In this document: positions 7,400 through 16,865 of the stretch, piece after piece | Layout: the number at the start of each line of letters is the position of its first letter | Numbering within the stretch: the stretch's first letter is position 1 | From: Thomasclavelia sp. | GTDB lineage: Bacteria; Bacillota_I; Bacilli_A; Erysipelotrichales; Coprobacillaceae | Length of the DNA: 24,000 nt | Reading direction: 5' to 3' | NCBI GenBank assembly: GCA_020025035.1 | Contig: JAHHSU010000005.1 | Coordinates: 5,886-29,885, forward strand | Made by a program: the position numbers and the translations under genes | The notes under the pieces: model-generated | What the model saw: only the letters and a program-made list of their open reading frames with translations | The model's database searches: none | What the model was told of the DNA's origin: nothing

Positions 7400-8362
7400 A
7401 TGAAAAGAAAAATTATTCGGTTATTATTTGTATGTAGTTTTGTTTTAGCAATCGCATTTATTTTTGAAAAAAATAAAAAAACTACAGATACTCCTGTATC
7501 CAATATAGTTTATACAAATAATCCACATTATAAAGAAATTGTATACCAAGATGAAAGTCAAATGTTAATTCCTGTAAATATGGAAGTCTCATTAGATGGT
7601 AGTTTAGAAGATGATGTTGCACGTATTGTCCATTTAATGAAAACAAAACCAACACAATATAAAGGATTATATCCAGTAATTCAAGATGACGTGACATTAA
7701 ATTCTGTATCATTTGATGAAGGGTTACTAACATTAGATTTTAATGATGGATTAATGAATTTAAATAAGGAAGGAAGTCTGAATTTTTTAGAAGCCTTGAC
7801 ATGGACACTTTGTGAGTATCAAAATATTAAACAATTACATTTAACATGTAACAATGAAGAAATTACAAATTTACAAGATAGCTATATTTCATTATCACAA
7901 AATTATAATAATAGTTTAGGTTTAAATAATTTTGAGTCTGTAAATGCTTATTTACATAAAACAAATGCTTTAACAGTTTATGCAAATAAGGTAATTGATG
8001 GACAAACGTTTTATGTACCTATGACACGTAGATTAAATACAACTGATTTAGATATTAAAGATAAGGTGAGTTTTTTATTAAAACACACTTCAATTTCATC
8101 CTTATTAAATGAAAATACTGTATTAAAAAATTTAGAAGTGTTAGATGGTACTGAAATTGTAGATGGTAAATTGATTGTAAATTTAAGTGATCAAGCATTA
8201 TTAGATGAAATGTCATTAAATCCTCAAGTATCTGATTTATTAATGTTATCATTACGACAAATTGATGGAGTAGAAATGATTGGTTTTACTGTAAATGGAC
8301 AAACAATAGGACAAGATGAAGTTGTTTCTAAAGAAATTGTATATAATGTTGTAAAGATGTAA
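7400..8362 (+). CDS. gerM: GerM-like sporulation/germination protein (two GerMN domains)
   Basis: SD GAGGTGA before ATG 7400 and an N-terminal signal/anchor (LLFVCSFVLAIAF). Two repeats fit the GerMN pattern: ...LIPVNMEV...GLYPVIQDDVTLNSVSFDEGLLTLDFN... and ...FYVPMTRRL...GTEIVDGKLIVNLS...IDGVEMIGFTVNGQ. Confidence 0.75.
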   Translation: MKRKIIRLLFVCSFVLAIAFIFEKNKKTTDTPVSNIVYTNNPHYKEIVYQDESQMLIPVNMEVSLDGSLEDDVARIVHLMKTKPTQYKGLYPVIQDDVTLNSVSFDEGLLTLDFNDGLMNLNKEGSLNFLEALTWTLCEYQNIKQLHLTCNNEEITNLQDSYISLSQNYNNSLGLNNFESVNAYLHKTNALTVYANKVIDGQTFYVPMTRRLNTTDLDIKDKVSFLLKHTSISSLLNENTVLKNLEVLDGTEIVDGKLIVNLSDQALLDEMSLNPQVSDLLMLSLRQIDGVEMIGFTVNGQTIGQDEVVSKEIVYNVVKM

Positions 8363-8367
8363 TTCTA

Positions 8368-8376
8368 TGCTATACT
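8368..8376 (+). promoter_or_regulatory. Possible extended -10 (TGCTATACT) just after the gerM stop
   Basis: TGnTATACT match 6 nt after the gerM stop and upstream of the uORF/phosphoesterase. I found no convincing -35. Confidence 0.25.
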
Positions 8377-8425
8377 CATGTTGAGGTGGTAGTATGAAAA
8401 AAATTATAAACATATGTGATGTTGT

Positions 8426-8896
8426 ATGGTAAAAATAGTGGTTATGTCTGATAATCATGGAAAAACTCATCATATAGAAAATATATATCTTGCTAATCAA
8501 GATGCTGATTATTTTATTCATTGTGGCGATTTTGAAGATGATGATATATTTTTAGAAAAATTTATTAGTGTATCAGGAAATAATGATATTGGATCATCGT
8601 TTCCTAAAAATCAAACTTTAGAAATTGAAGGATATAAAATAGAAGTATGTCATGGTAATCAATTTGATTATTATGAGCGAACATTCAATATGTATGAGTA
8701 TGCAAAGCAACAAGGAATCGACATTTTGATTAGTGGCCATACCCATATTCCAAATAATGAATGTATTGATCATATTCATTTGATTAATCCAGGTTCTACA
8801 GCACGTCCTCGATCTAACAGTAAACCAAGCTATGCAATATTATGGTTAGATCAAGGATCTATTCATGTGGAATTTCAAGAATATATAGAGAATTAG
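8426..8896 (+). CDS. YfcE/YsnB-family metallophosphoesterase (MJ0936-type)
   Basis: Calcineurin-like motif series VVMSDNHG, HCGDF, GNND, CHGN, SGHTH. Size 156 aa is typical. Confidence 0.85.
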   Translation: MVKIVVMSDNHGKTHHIENIYLANQDADYFIHCGDFEDDDIFLEKFISVSGNNDIGSSFPKNQTLEIEGYKIEVCHGNQFDYYERTFNMYEYAKQQGIDILISGHTHIPNNECIDHIHLINPGSTARPRSNSKPSYAILWLDQGSIHVEFQEYIEN

Positions 8897-8900
8897 TATT

Positions 8901-8936
8901 AAAGAAACTATACTATGATGAAATAGTTTCTTTTTT
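8901..8936 (+). terminator. Rho-independent terminator between convergent genes
   Basis: Stem AAAGAAACTAT (8901-8911) / ATAGTTTCTTT (8923-8933), then a T-run to 8936. It lies between the phosphoesterase stop and the end of the minus-strand ger operon. Confidence 0.7.
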
Positions 8937-8974
8937 AAATGTACTATGACTAACTATAATTGAATTTATAGTAT

Positions 8975-10063
8975 CTAATCTATCGTTTGATGCTCAACAG
9001 AATTATTACGTAATTCTAATCTTGAATGCACATGTATCTCAATATTATTTATTGTAACAGGATGATTACTAAGCTTGTGTAATTCAAGGTAATCAATATT
9101 GTTTTCTAATAATTTAGTATAGGTTGATACAATGGATTGTTTCATGTATTTGTTAATTGTTGTGATTACCTCTTCTTCTTTTAAATTAGATGGATAGGAT
9201 ATTAGAGATAATGAAACATGGAGATGAATATGAAATTTATTATTTTTAAATGATGTTTTAGTTTTTGAACTAAGAATATCATAATTTATTCCAAAATCTT
9301 GATATGGAATTGTTTGAGTAACATTATTGTTGCTTTTTTTATGAATATAGGTTAATCCATAAATATCTTGAATATTAAGTGTTGTTGTTTCTTTGTTATT
9401 TAGGAATGTTAACTTGTCAATTATAAATTTTTTTGCGGGATTTTCTTCTCCTTCATTAATTACACTTGAATTTTCTATTGTAGATAAGTTTGGGATAATA
9501 CTAATACTGTTATCTCCTGCATAAGTTTTCATAATTTCTAACATAGGTGTTGGAACATCTAATGCATTAAGATTTGTTGGATTATTATATGCAATTAATG
9601 AAAAATAAGGGGAACTTGTAATACTATGTTTTACTTGGTAGATATCATTAATATCTTGAGTATTGATAAATAGTGATGTTGATAATTTTAGGTGTTGATC
9701 GTGTACAACATAATTAAGTACTTCTTTTAATGGGATTGGATCTAAAACGTTTGGTGTAACTAAAAGCGTGTCTACATGATCTAACATAAATTCCATTCGC
9801 ATTTTATTTTCTAGTTTTTGGATTGCTTCTCCTATAGAATTTCCAGATGTATGAATGATTAAGATTTCTCCTTTATTACTAGAAGATTCTACTTCTGGTT
9901 TAGAAAGAGAGTTAGGATTGATAATTTGAAAGGTAATTGTATATTGACTATCTTGATAATCGATTGCCATAGATGTAGGAAATACTAAAGTATAAAGATC
10001 TTTTAAGTCGCTACATCCTGTTAGAATAGTGATAACTATAAATAAGATAGTAAGTTTTTTCAT
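8975..10063 (-). CDS. Germinant receptor C subunit (GerAC-family lipoprotein)
   Basis: Lipobox ILTGC with Cys17. SD AAGGTG upstream. ATGA overlap with the preceding A-subunit gene. Size and composition are typical of Ger(x)C. Confidence 0.82.
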   Translation of the reverse strand: MKKLTILFIVITILTGCSDLKDLYTLVFPTSMAIDYQDSQYTITFQIINPNSLSKPEVESSSNKGEILIIHTSGNSIGEAIQKLENKMRMEFMLDHVDTLLVTPNVLDPIPLKEVLNYVVHDQHLKLSTSLFINTQDINDIYQVKHSITSSPYFSLIAYNNPTNLNALDVPTPMLEIMKTYAGDNSISIIPNLSTIENSSVINEGEENPAKKFIIDKLTFLNNKETTTLNIQDIYGLTYIHKKSNNNVTQTIPYQDFGINYDILSSKTKTSFKNNKFHIHLHVSLSLISYPSNLKEEEVITTINKYMKQSIVSTYTKLLENNIDYLELHKLSNHPVTINNIEIHVHSRLELRNNSVEHQTID

Positions 10064-11412
10064 AATACACCTTGCTTTCGTTTAAAATTACTAGATTGAA
10101 ATATTTTAAAGAAATTTTTAAAACTAATAAATAAGGCAGGATTTACCATATCTTTATCAAATGACTTTTGAGATGTAATATATAAACATATCGCAATAGA
10201 TGATAATATAAAACCATATAGTCCTAGAGTTGCACTAGCTATAAAGATAAATATTTTAAATATTGTGATGATACTATTGAATGATATATTATTAGATACA
10301 GAATAATTACATATAATATTAATCGCACATAAAAACATAATATCATATCCAATAAATCCACTAGCGATTACATTTTGTCCTAGCAATACACTACCAATGA
10401 CTAATAATGTAGATGAGATTCCTGCTGGTAGCCTTGTACCTGCTGCTCTAAACAATTCAAATAAAAGAGTCGCAAATATGATTTCTAGATAAACTGGTAA
10501 GACCATCCCTTTTTGGATACTTAATATATTGGATAACCATAAAATAGGCAATTCCTGAGGATGAAAACAATAAATCGCAATAATAAATCCCATTAAGAAA
10601 ATAGATACTACAATACTAAAAAAATACAGAAAACGATTTAAAAAAGTAGTAATATAGTGTTCATTAATATCGTCTGAATAGTCTAAAAATAATGAAATTG
10701 TAGCAGGTCCAATATTAGCATTATTAAAGTTATCAACAAAGATTACAAATTGTCCTTTTAATAAGCTTAATACACAATAATCTGGTCTCATTGTATAGGT
10801 CATTTCAGGAAACAATTTATTTTTTTTACTATACAAAAGTCCTCTTAATTGACCAGAACTTGTAATATCTATATCATTTATTTCATTTAGCTTACAATTT
10901 AGTTTGTGTAGTATATGTTTAGGACATTTATCTTGCATATATAAAAGTCCAATTTGTGTTTTTGTATTTTTTCCTAGTGTCATTTTTTGGTAGCATAAAT
11001 TGGCAGTTTTAAGTCTTTTTCTAATTAATGCAACGTTTGTTTCGAGATTTTCAATAAAACTATCACGTGGGCCTGTAATTGTAATATCTATCATAGAAGA
11101 ATCAGGTGTTCTTTTTGGGACACTAATGACATTAATTGTATAATAGTTATGTTGATAATAGAATAAACATAATCCACTAAAGACTTTTTCATCAAATTGT
11201 TCGATTGTAAGTTCATCCATTTTTTGAATCGTTAAAATGGATGATGTAATAGAATCAATAACTACATTACGATTAATTTTCCCAATAATTTCGTTTTCAA
11301 TTTCTTTAATATCACATAAACCTTCACAATATATTAATGAATACCATTCATTATTTTTAAATACTACATCTTTACAGTTTTGAAAGTGATTTTGTAGTTG
11401 TTTTATGTCCAT
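10060..11412 (-). CDS. Germinant receptor A subunit (GerAA/GerKA family)
   Basis: SD AAGGAG before ATG 11412. Soluble N-terminal domain followed by the C-terminal multi-TM region characteristic of GerA-family A subunits. Confidence 0.88.
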   Translation of the reverse strand: MDIKQLQNHFQNCKDVVFKNNEWYSLIYCEGLCDIKEIENEIIGKINRNVVIDSITSSILTIQKMDELTIEQFDEKVFSGLCLFYYQHNYYTINVISVPKRTPDSSMIDITITGPRDSFIENLETNVALIRKRLKTANLCYQKMTLGKNTKTQIGLLYMQDKCPKHILHKLNCKLNEINDIDITSSGQLRGLLYSKKNKLFPEMTYTMRPDYCVLSLLKGQFVIFVDNFNNANIGPATISLFLDYSDDINEHYITTFLNRFLYFFSIVVSIFLMGFIIAIYCFHPQELPILWLSNILSIQKGMVLPVYLEIIFATLLFELFRAAGTRLPAGISSTLLVIGSVLLGQNVIASGFIGYDIMFLCAINIICNYSVSNNISFNSIITIFKIFIFIASATLGLYGFILSSIAICLYITSQKSFDKDMVNPALFISFKNFFKIFQSSNFKRKQGVL

Positions 11413-12409
11413 AAAGTACGCTCCTTAGTTTGAGTATTAATAAAGTAATGTCGCATAATAGAGATATAATAATAAAGCCAATAGTAAAATTAGCAACTAA
11501 ATGATTGTGGGACAATAGATAAATAAGTATCAAAGAGCACACAAAGATAAACAAATATGGGAGTTTTGGATTAGTATAAAGACGTTGAAGTAATTTAATA
11601 TTAATTGCAATTTTACAAAAACCACTAATCACATAATAAAAAAGTACAGGAAAGTTTATGTGACCTATATATTGTCCAAAATAAATCATATTATGACTTT
11701 CAAAAAATGGATAAACAATAATCTTTAATACTCCTCTAAATTCATTTAGATGAATAATGGAACGAGCAATAATAAAGAGTAAAATAATAAATAAATATTT
11801 ATAATATGTTTTTTTACTGATAGGAACTTCATAAATTTTAGGTAATGTAAAAATAGAAAATGATTCAAAATAAAGTAATACAGATAATAATAATGCATTT
11901 ATATTAAAATGAAATTTTGGCATATCATGATGTAAAAAAGGATAATATAATAATTTTATTTTGAAGGCAAAATATACTAACAAAAAAATACTAAATAAAA
12001 TAAACATTAGGTTAAATCCTTTATAAATATTAAAAGTAGGTATTTTGATAATATAGAAAACTAGTAAAGACAAAGATAAAACAATGATATAAATAGGAGT
12101 ATCAGTTAACCAATGTACTTCCACAAAGTCACATATAATTAAAAAAGAAAGAAGTGTTGTAACAGTTATATAAATAAATAATATTTTTTTGATTATCGGT
12201 GTTATTTTATATGACATTGCTTGTTGGTAAAATCGGTATACAAGAGGCGATGTCATTCCAATAAGTAGCAAGGTAGGAAATACGTAGTATATAAAGCTAT
12301 CTCCAACTATTAGATAAAGCGTATTAATAATAATTTTGGATAAAACAAATGATGTGGAAATTAATGCTAATATAAAATAAGACTGATTAATAATTTTATT
12401 TTGATTCAT
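11372..12409 (-). CDS. Germinant receptor B subunit (GerAB family, APC-superfamily-like permease)
   Basis: About 10 TM segments. The track start (12418) is a GTG without an SD. ATG 12409 is preceded by AAGGTGA at good spacing, so I prefer MNQNKIIN... as the N-terminus. The 3' end overlaps the A-subunit gene by 41 nt. Confidence 0.82.
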   Translation of the reverse strand: MNQNKIINQSYFILALISTSFVLSKIIINTLYLIVGDSFIYYVFPTLLLIGMTSPLVYRFYQQAMSYKITPIIKKILFIYITVTTLLSFLIICDFVEVHWLTDTPIYIIVLSLSLLVFYIIKIPTFNIYKGFNLMFILFSIFLLVYFAFKIKLLYYPFLHHDMPKFHFNINALLLSVLLYFESFSIFTLPKIYEVPISKKTYYKYLFIILLFIIARSIIHLNEFRGVLKIIVYPFFESHNMIYFGQYIGHINFPVLFYYVISGFCKIAINIKLLQRLYTNPKLPYLFIFVCSLILIYLLSHNHLVANFTIGFIIISLLCDITLLILKLRSVLYGHKTTTKSLSKL

Positions 12410-12589
12410 ATTTTTCACCTTGTTGAATTATGGACAATTATTTGTTATTTATAATTCAATATTTAAAATTCACTACTTTTTATAGTAAAATCATAAAAAA
12501 AGTGTTCAAAATTTAAATTTTGCAATTTGCTTTGAGTAAAATAATTTGTTACAAATAAATCATAAGTATTTACAGAAAGGAAGATGTAT

Positions 12590-12889
12590 ATGGTTAATGA
12601 AGTAATACTTGTGGGAAAATTAAAAGATATTATAGGATATAAAAAATTCAATGATAGAAAATGGTTTATAATTACGATGATGGTTGAAAAACCATTACGT
12701 AATGAAAATGGAGAATATGATTATGAAGAAATTGAATGTGCGTTATGGCAAGGAGATGCAGATCAATTTATTGATAATCAATATATGTCAAAAATGTATA
12801 GTATTAAAGGTAGAATTAAAAAAATGTGGGATGGTCAAAATTATGTTGCGGTTGAGAAAATTAGAGGAATAGATAGTCATTTTGATTAG
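12590..12889 (+). CDS. Short SSB-like OB-fold protein lacking an acidic C-terminal tail
   Basis: Pattern N-x-V-x-LVGKL ... EIECALWQGDA ... IKGRIK mirrors bacterial SSB (NRVVLVGRL ... INCVTWRRQAE ... VDGRLQ). I prefer ATG 12590 (SD GAAAGGAAG about 9 nt upstream) to the track start 12584. Confidence 0.55.
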   Translation: MVNEVILVGKLKDIIGYKKFNDRKWFIITMMVEKPLRNENGEYDYEEIECALWQGDADQFIDNQYMSKMYSIKGRIKKMWDGQNYVAVEKIRGIDSHFD

Positions 12890-12909
12890 TTGTAATACCT
12901 ATAAAAGTT

Positions 12910-12918
12910 TGGTATAAT
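12910..12918 (+). promoter_or_regulatory. Extended -10 (TGGTATAAT) upstream of lepA
   Basis: Perfect TGnTATAAT 26 nt upstream of the lepA start. Confidence 0.45.
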
Positions 12919-12943
12919 TACCACTTGAAAGTAGGTGTTTATA

Positions 12944-14749
12944 ATGAGCATAGATCAATCTAAAATACGTAATTTTTCTATTATAGCTCATATTGATCAT
13001 GGAAAATCAACCTTAGCAGATTGTATATTACAATTAACTGGTGCAGTTGCAAATCGTGATATGAAAGCACAGTTATTAGACAGTATGGATTTAGAAAGAG
13101 AACGTGGAATTACAATAAAATTAAATGCTGTACAATTAAATTATACTGCAAAAGATGGACAAACTTATTTATTACACCTCATTGACACTCCAGGTCATGT
13201 TGATTTTACTTATGAAGTATCAAGGTCATTAGCAGCGTGTGAGGGAGCTATCTTAGTAGTTGATGCTGCTCAAGGAGTAGAAGCACAGACTTTAGCAAAT
13301 GTCTATTTGGCTTTAGATAATAATTTAGAAATTATTCCTGTAATCAATAAAATTGATTTACCTAGTGCAGATCCTCAAAGAGTAATAACTGAAATTGAAG
13401 ACGTAATTGGATTGCCTGCAAGTGATGCACCACTTATTTCAGCAAAAACCAATCTAAATATAGATTCCGTATTGGAAGCAATTGTGCAAAATGTTCCAGC
13501 CCCTTCTGGAAGTGTAGATCATCCAACTCAAGCCTTAATATTTGACTCTTTCTATGATGCATATCGTGGAGTTATTGTACTTATTAGAATAGTAGAAGGA
13601 AAAATAAGAGTTGGAGATAAAATAAAATTTATGGCAAGTAATGCTGTATATGAGGTACTGGAAGTTGGAGTGAATACACCTGCAGAGGTAAAAAAAGATG
13701 AACTCATTACAGGAGAGGTTGGATGGCTTTCTGCATCAATCAAATCCATTAAGGATATTCATGTAGGAGATACTGTTACTGTTATTGGAAATGAATGTAA
13801 AAATCCATTACCTGGATATCGAAAACTAAATCCAATGGTGTATTGTGGATTATATCCAGTTGATAATGCTAGATACAATGATTTGCGTGAAGCGTTAGAA
13901 AAAATGCAATTAAGTGATTCTGCACTTGTTTTTGAACCTGAAACATCACAAGCATTAGGATTTGGATTTCGATGTGGTTTTTTAGGCTTATTACACATGG
14001 ATGTAATTGAGGAAAGATTAGAGCGTGAATTTGGTCTAGATTTAATTGCTACTTCACCTTCAGTAATTTATCATGCACATTTAACGGATCATAAAATGAT
14101 TGAAATTGATAATCCAGCTAAGTTACCAGAAGTACAAAAAATTCATTATATTGAAGAACCTTACGTAAAGGCAGCAATTATGACACCAAACGACTATGTA
14201 GGTCCTATTATGGAGCTTTGTCAAAGTAAACGTGGAGAATATGTAGATATTCAATATATTGATGATTCTAGAATGAATGTCATTTATTTACTTCCATTAG
14301 CTGAAATCGTATATGATTTTTTTGATCGCTTGAAGTCATGTTCAAAGGGATACGCATCATTTGATTATGAATTACACGGGTATAAAGAAAGTAAATTAGT
14401 CAAGATGGATATTTTACTTAATGGCGAAATCGTAGATGCATTATCATCTATTGTCCATAAAGATTTTGCGTATCATAGAGGTAAAATTATATGTGAAAAG
14501 TTAAAAGATATCATACCACGACAAATGTTTGAAGTACCTATTCAAGCGGCAATACAAGGAAAAGTTGTAGCTAGAACAAATATTAAAGCAATGAGAAAAA
14601 ATGTTCTTGCTAAATGTTATGGTGGCGATATTACTCGAAAAAAGAAACTATTAGAAAAACAAAAAGAAGGAAAAAAACGTATGAAAGCAGTAGGAAGTGT
14701 AGAAATTCCTCAAGAAGCATTTATGGCTGTTTTATCCGTAGATGAGTAG
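12944..14749 (+). CDS. lepA: Elongation factor 4 (translational GTPase LepA)
   Basis: [19 protein letters not shown] (G1), DTPGHVDF (G3), NKID (G4) and the LepA-specific C-terminal domain. I prefer ATG 12944 after the SD AGGTG to the track GTG 12935. Confidence 0.97.
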   Translation: MSIDQSKIRNFSIIAHIDHGKSTLADCILQLTGAVANRDMKAQLLDSMDLERERGITIKLNAVQLNYTAKDGQTYLLHLIDTPGHVDFTYEVSRSLAACEGAILVVDAAQGVEAQTLANVYLALDNNLEIIPVINKIDLPSADPQRVITEIEDVIGLPASDAPLISAKTNLNIDSVLEAIVQNVPAPSGSVDHPTQALIFDSFYDAYRGVIVLIRIVEGKIRVGDKIKFMASNAVYEVLEVGVNTPAEVKKDELITGEVGWLSASIKSIKDIHVGDTVTVIGNECKNPLPGYRKLNPMVYCGLYPVDNARYNDLREALEKMQLSDSALVFEPETSQALGFGFRCGFLGLLHMDVIEERLEREFGLDLIATSPSVIYHAHLTDHKMIEIDNPAKLPEVQKIHYIEEPYVKAAIMTPNDYVGPIMELCQSKRGEYVDIQYIDDSRMNVIYLLPLAEIVYDFFDRLKSCSKGYASFDYELHGYKESKLVKMDILLNGEIVDALSSIVHKDFAYHRGKIICEKLKDIIPRQMFEVPIQAAIQGKVVARTNIKAMRKNVLAKCYGGDITRKKKLLEKQKEGKKRMKAVGSVEIPQEAFMAVLSVDE

Positions 14750-14779
14750 AACTGTATCAATGACAGTTCTTTTTTTTTG
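14748..14779 (+). terminator. Rho-independent terminator of lepA
   Basis: Stem AGAACTGT (14748-14755) / ACAGTTCT (14763-14770), then a run of 9-10 T. Confidence 0.85.
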
Positions 14780-14875
14780 TTTTGCTTAATAAAATATTAT
14801 TAATATACAAAATAAACAGTTTGAAATAAAAGGATAATGTACAATTTTTTCATAAATAAATAGAAAAAATTAATC

Positions 14876-14904
14876 TTGTATTCTAATAGAATGTTTCATA
14901 TACT
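14876..14904 (+). promoter_or_regulatory. Sigma-A-type promoter of the PTS operon (TTGTAT-17 nt-TATACT)
   Basis: -35 TTGTAT at 14876-14881, an exact 17-nt spacer and -10 TATACT at 14899-14904, about 65 nt upstream of the regulator start. The spacer contains the palindrome ATTCTA-A-TAGAAT. Confidence 0.5.
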
Positions 14905-14911
14905 GTAATAA

Positions 14912-14925
14912 AGAAAGCGCTTTAT
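14912..14925 (+). promoter_or_regulatory. Candidate catabolite-responsive element (cre, CcpA site)
   Basis: AGAAAGCGCTTTAT matches the cre consensus TGWAANCGNTNWCA at 11 of 14 positions. It has a perfect palindromic core AAAGCGCTTT, is GC-rich against an AT-rich background, and sits just downstream of the predicted -10. Confidence 0.4.
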
Positions 14926-14968
14926 ATTTTGTGTAAGTTTTATTGAATTAGAAAGGAGGGTACTATTA

Positions 14969-16852
14969 GTGCGCAAACTTCAAATTTTAGAACTATTAAT
15001 ACAACAAGATCAGTATACGACTAGTCAAGAATTAAGCAAAATATTTGGAGTATCTACAAGAACTATTTACAATGATATAAAAACATTATCTAGCGACGGT
15101 GAAAAAAATGGCTTTGAATTAATTTTAAAACGTAATTTAGGATATTATATTCAAGTTACCAATCAAGCTAAATTACAGGAATATATTAACTCAATGACAG
15201 TATACAAAGAATATTCAATAAAAGATAGATATGTATATATACTATCAAGACTTTTATTATCAAATCATTTTATGACACAAGAAACACTTGCCAATGAATT
15301 ACAAGTAAGTCAATCATTGATAAAAATTGATTTAAAAAAAATTGAGTCTTATTTTCAAAATACAAATATAAAACTGCTTAAAAAACCATATTATGGAATT
15401 CTTCTAAAGGTTACAAATGAGAATAGAATTAAATTGATTTTTCATTTGTATGATTTTAAAAATAGTCTTATTTGTCAAACAATTGATTCATTTTATAAAA
15501 AAGAATTTTGTAATATACAAACTATTTTAATTACGTTATTGAATGAAAACAATCTATATTGTAATGATAACGAGTTTCACAAAATGGATAAAATGTTGAA
15601 AATTATTATCTATTTATCTATACACAGTGTATTAGAAAATGAAAAAAATACATGTAAGGTGGATATCAATTATTATAAAATTGCAAAAGCATATAGTAAA
15701 AAAATAAATAAAATATATGGAATATGTTTATTAGAAAATGTTATATGGTTAATTGCAAAAATCATTAGAGATAATACTAGACAAGTACAAAGTAGTATCC
15801 TTTACAAGGAAGAACTTCAACGTGAAATTAATGAATTTTTTATGGTAGTGGATAAGGAATATCAAACAAAATTTTTAGAAGATAAACAATTTATAGATTT
15901 ATTGTATTCACATATATCACTACTATTAGAACGGTTAAATAATAGTATCACTTTAAGAAATCCATTAATTGTTGAAATTAGTGCCAAATACCCATTTATA
16001 TTTAATTTAGCTATTCAATTAGCATTTAGGCTAAGTGACAAGTTTGGAGTAACAATTTCACATGATGAAATAGGATTTATTGCAACCCATTTTGCTGCTC
16101 ATATGGAAAAGGAGAATAACCTATATCTTGAAAATATTCATCGAATTGCAGTTATATGTTGTTCTGGGGGAGGAGCATCATATTTAATAAAACTAAAACT
16201 TGAAACGCTTTTTCATAGCTCTGATATTAGAATCTTTTCGATAGTAGATTTAGATAAAGTTAAACAGTTTTTACCTAATATAGTTTTTACAATTGCAAAA
16301 GTTGATTTAGATATTGCTGCTCCAATTATACAAATTAATGAATTATTAGATGATAATGATATGATAAAAATCAAAAATAGATTTAGTTTAAATACTGATG
16401 ATGATATTGAAAATTTGTCTAATCAAATATTTAAAAAAGAATTATTTAAGTGTATTGATAAAGATGTAAATTATATCGATTTATTAGAAAATATGGGAAA
16501 GGCAATAGAAATGCAAGGATATGCTCCTAAAGGATATTTGGACAAGGTATTTCAAAGAGAAGAAGTATTATCTACTATCTATCAAAATGGTGTAGCTATC
16601 CCTCATCCTATTGATATGTGTGGAGTAGAAAATGTGGTTAATGTTGCAATTTTAAATAAACCTATTACTTATGAAAATAAGGAAGTCAGAATTGTTTTTA
16701 TGATATCACTTGCAAAAGGAAGTAGTCAGATTCATCAACATATTACAAAAGTCTTACTTGATATCATCTCAAATCCATTAAAACTTGATCAATTAATTAA
16801 ATCAAAAACTTTTGATGAATTTATGATTCAAATAAAACATAATGATTGGTAA
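14969..16852 (+). CDS. LicR/CelR/MtlR-type PRD-containing transcriptional activator (HTH, PRD1, PRD2, EIIB-like and EIIA-like domains)
   Basis: GTG start after the SD AAGGAGGG. N-terminal HTH (TSQELSKIFGVSTRTIYNDIKTL). PRD histidines (LYSHISLLLERL; ATHFAAHMEK). EIIB-like Cys segment IAVICCSGGGASYL. C-terminal EIIA(Fru/Mtl)-like segment GVAIPHP. Confidence 0.85.
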   Translation: MRKLQILELLIQQDQYTTSQELSKIFGVSTRTIYNDIKTLSSDGEKNGFELILKRNLGYYIQVTNQAKLQEYINSMTVYKEYSIKDRYVYILSRLLLSNHFMTQETLANELQVSQSLIKIDLKKIESYFQNTNIKLLKKPYYGILLKVTNENRIKLIFHLYDFKNSLICQTIDSFYKKEFCNIQTILITLLNENNLYCNDNEFHKMDKMLKIIIYLSIHSVLENEKNTCKVDINYYKIAKAYSKKINKIYGICLLENVIWLIAKIIRDNTRQVQSSILYKEELQREINEFFMVVDKEYQTKFLEDKQFIDLLYSHISLLLERLNNSITLRNPLIVEISAKYPFIFNLAIQLAFRLSDKFGVTISHDEIGFIATHFAAHMEKENNLYLENIHRIAVICCSGGGASYLIKLKLETLFHSSDIRIFSIVDLDKVKQFLPNIVFTIAKVDLDIAAPIIQINELLDDNDMIKIKNRFSLNTDDDIENLSNQIFKKELFKCIDKDVNYIDLLENMGKAIEMQGYAPKGYLDKVFQREEVLSTIYQNGVAIPHPIDMCGVENVVNVAILNKPITYENKEVRIVFMISLAKGSSQIHQHITKVLLDIISNPLKLDQLIKSKTFDEFMIQIKHNDW

Positions 16853-16865
16853 TAAGGAGAATAAT

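Noticed and set aside
12419-12583. Sigma-G (forespore) promoter for the ger operon, and sigma-E/K-type promoter upstream of gerM (7330-7399).
   Set aside because: The best candidates are TGAATT-20 nt-CATAATT upstream of gerXB and AATATA-17 nt-TATACACA upstream of gerM. They have wrong spacing or several mismatches, and in such AT-rich DNA they are not distinguishable from chance by eye.
12463-12651. 62-aa minus-strand ORF in the ger/ssb-like intergenic region, and the 62-aa plus-strand ORF at 12684..12872 in an alternative frame of the SSB-like gene.
   Set aside because: Neither has an SD. The first spans the divergent promoter region and the SSB-like start. The second is a K/M-rich out-of-frame overlap of a CDS with a recognisable OB-fold pattern.
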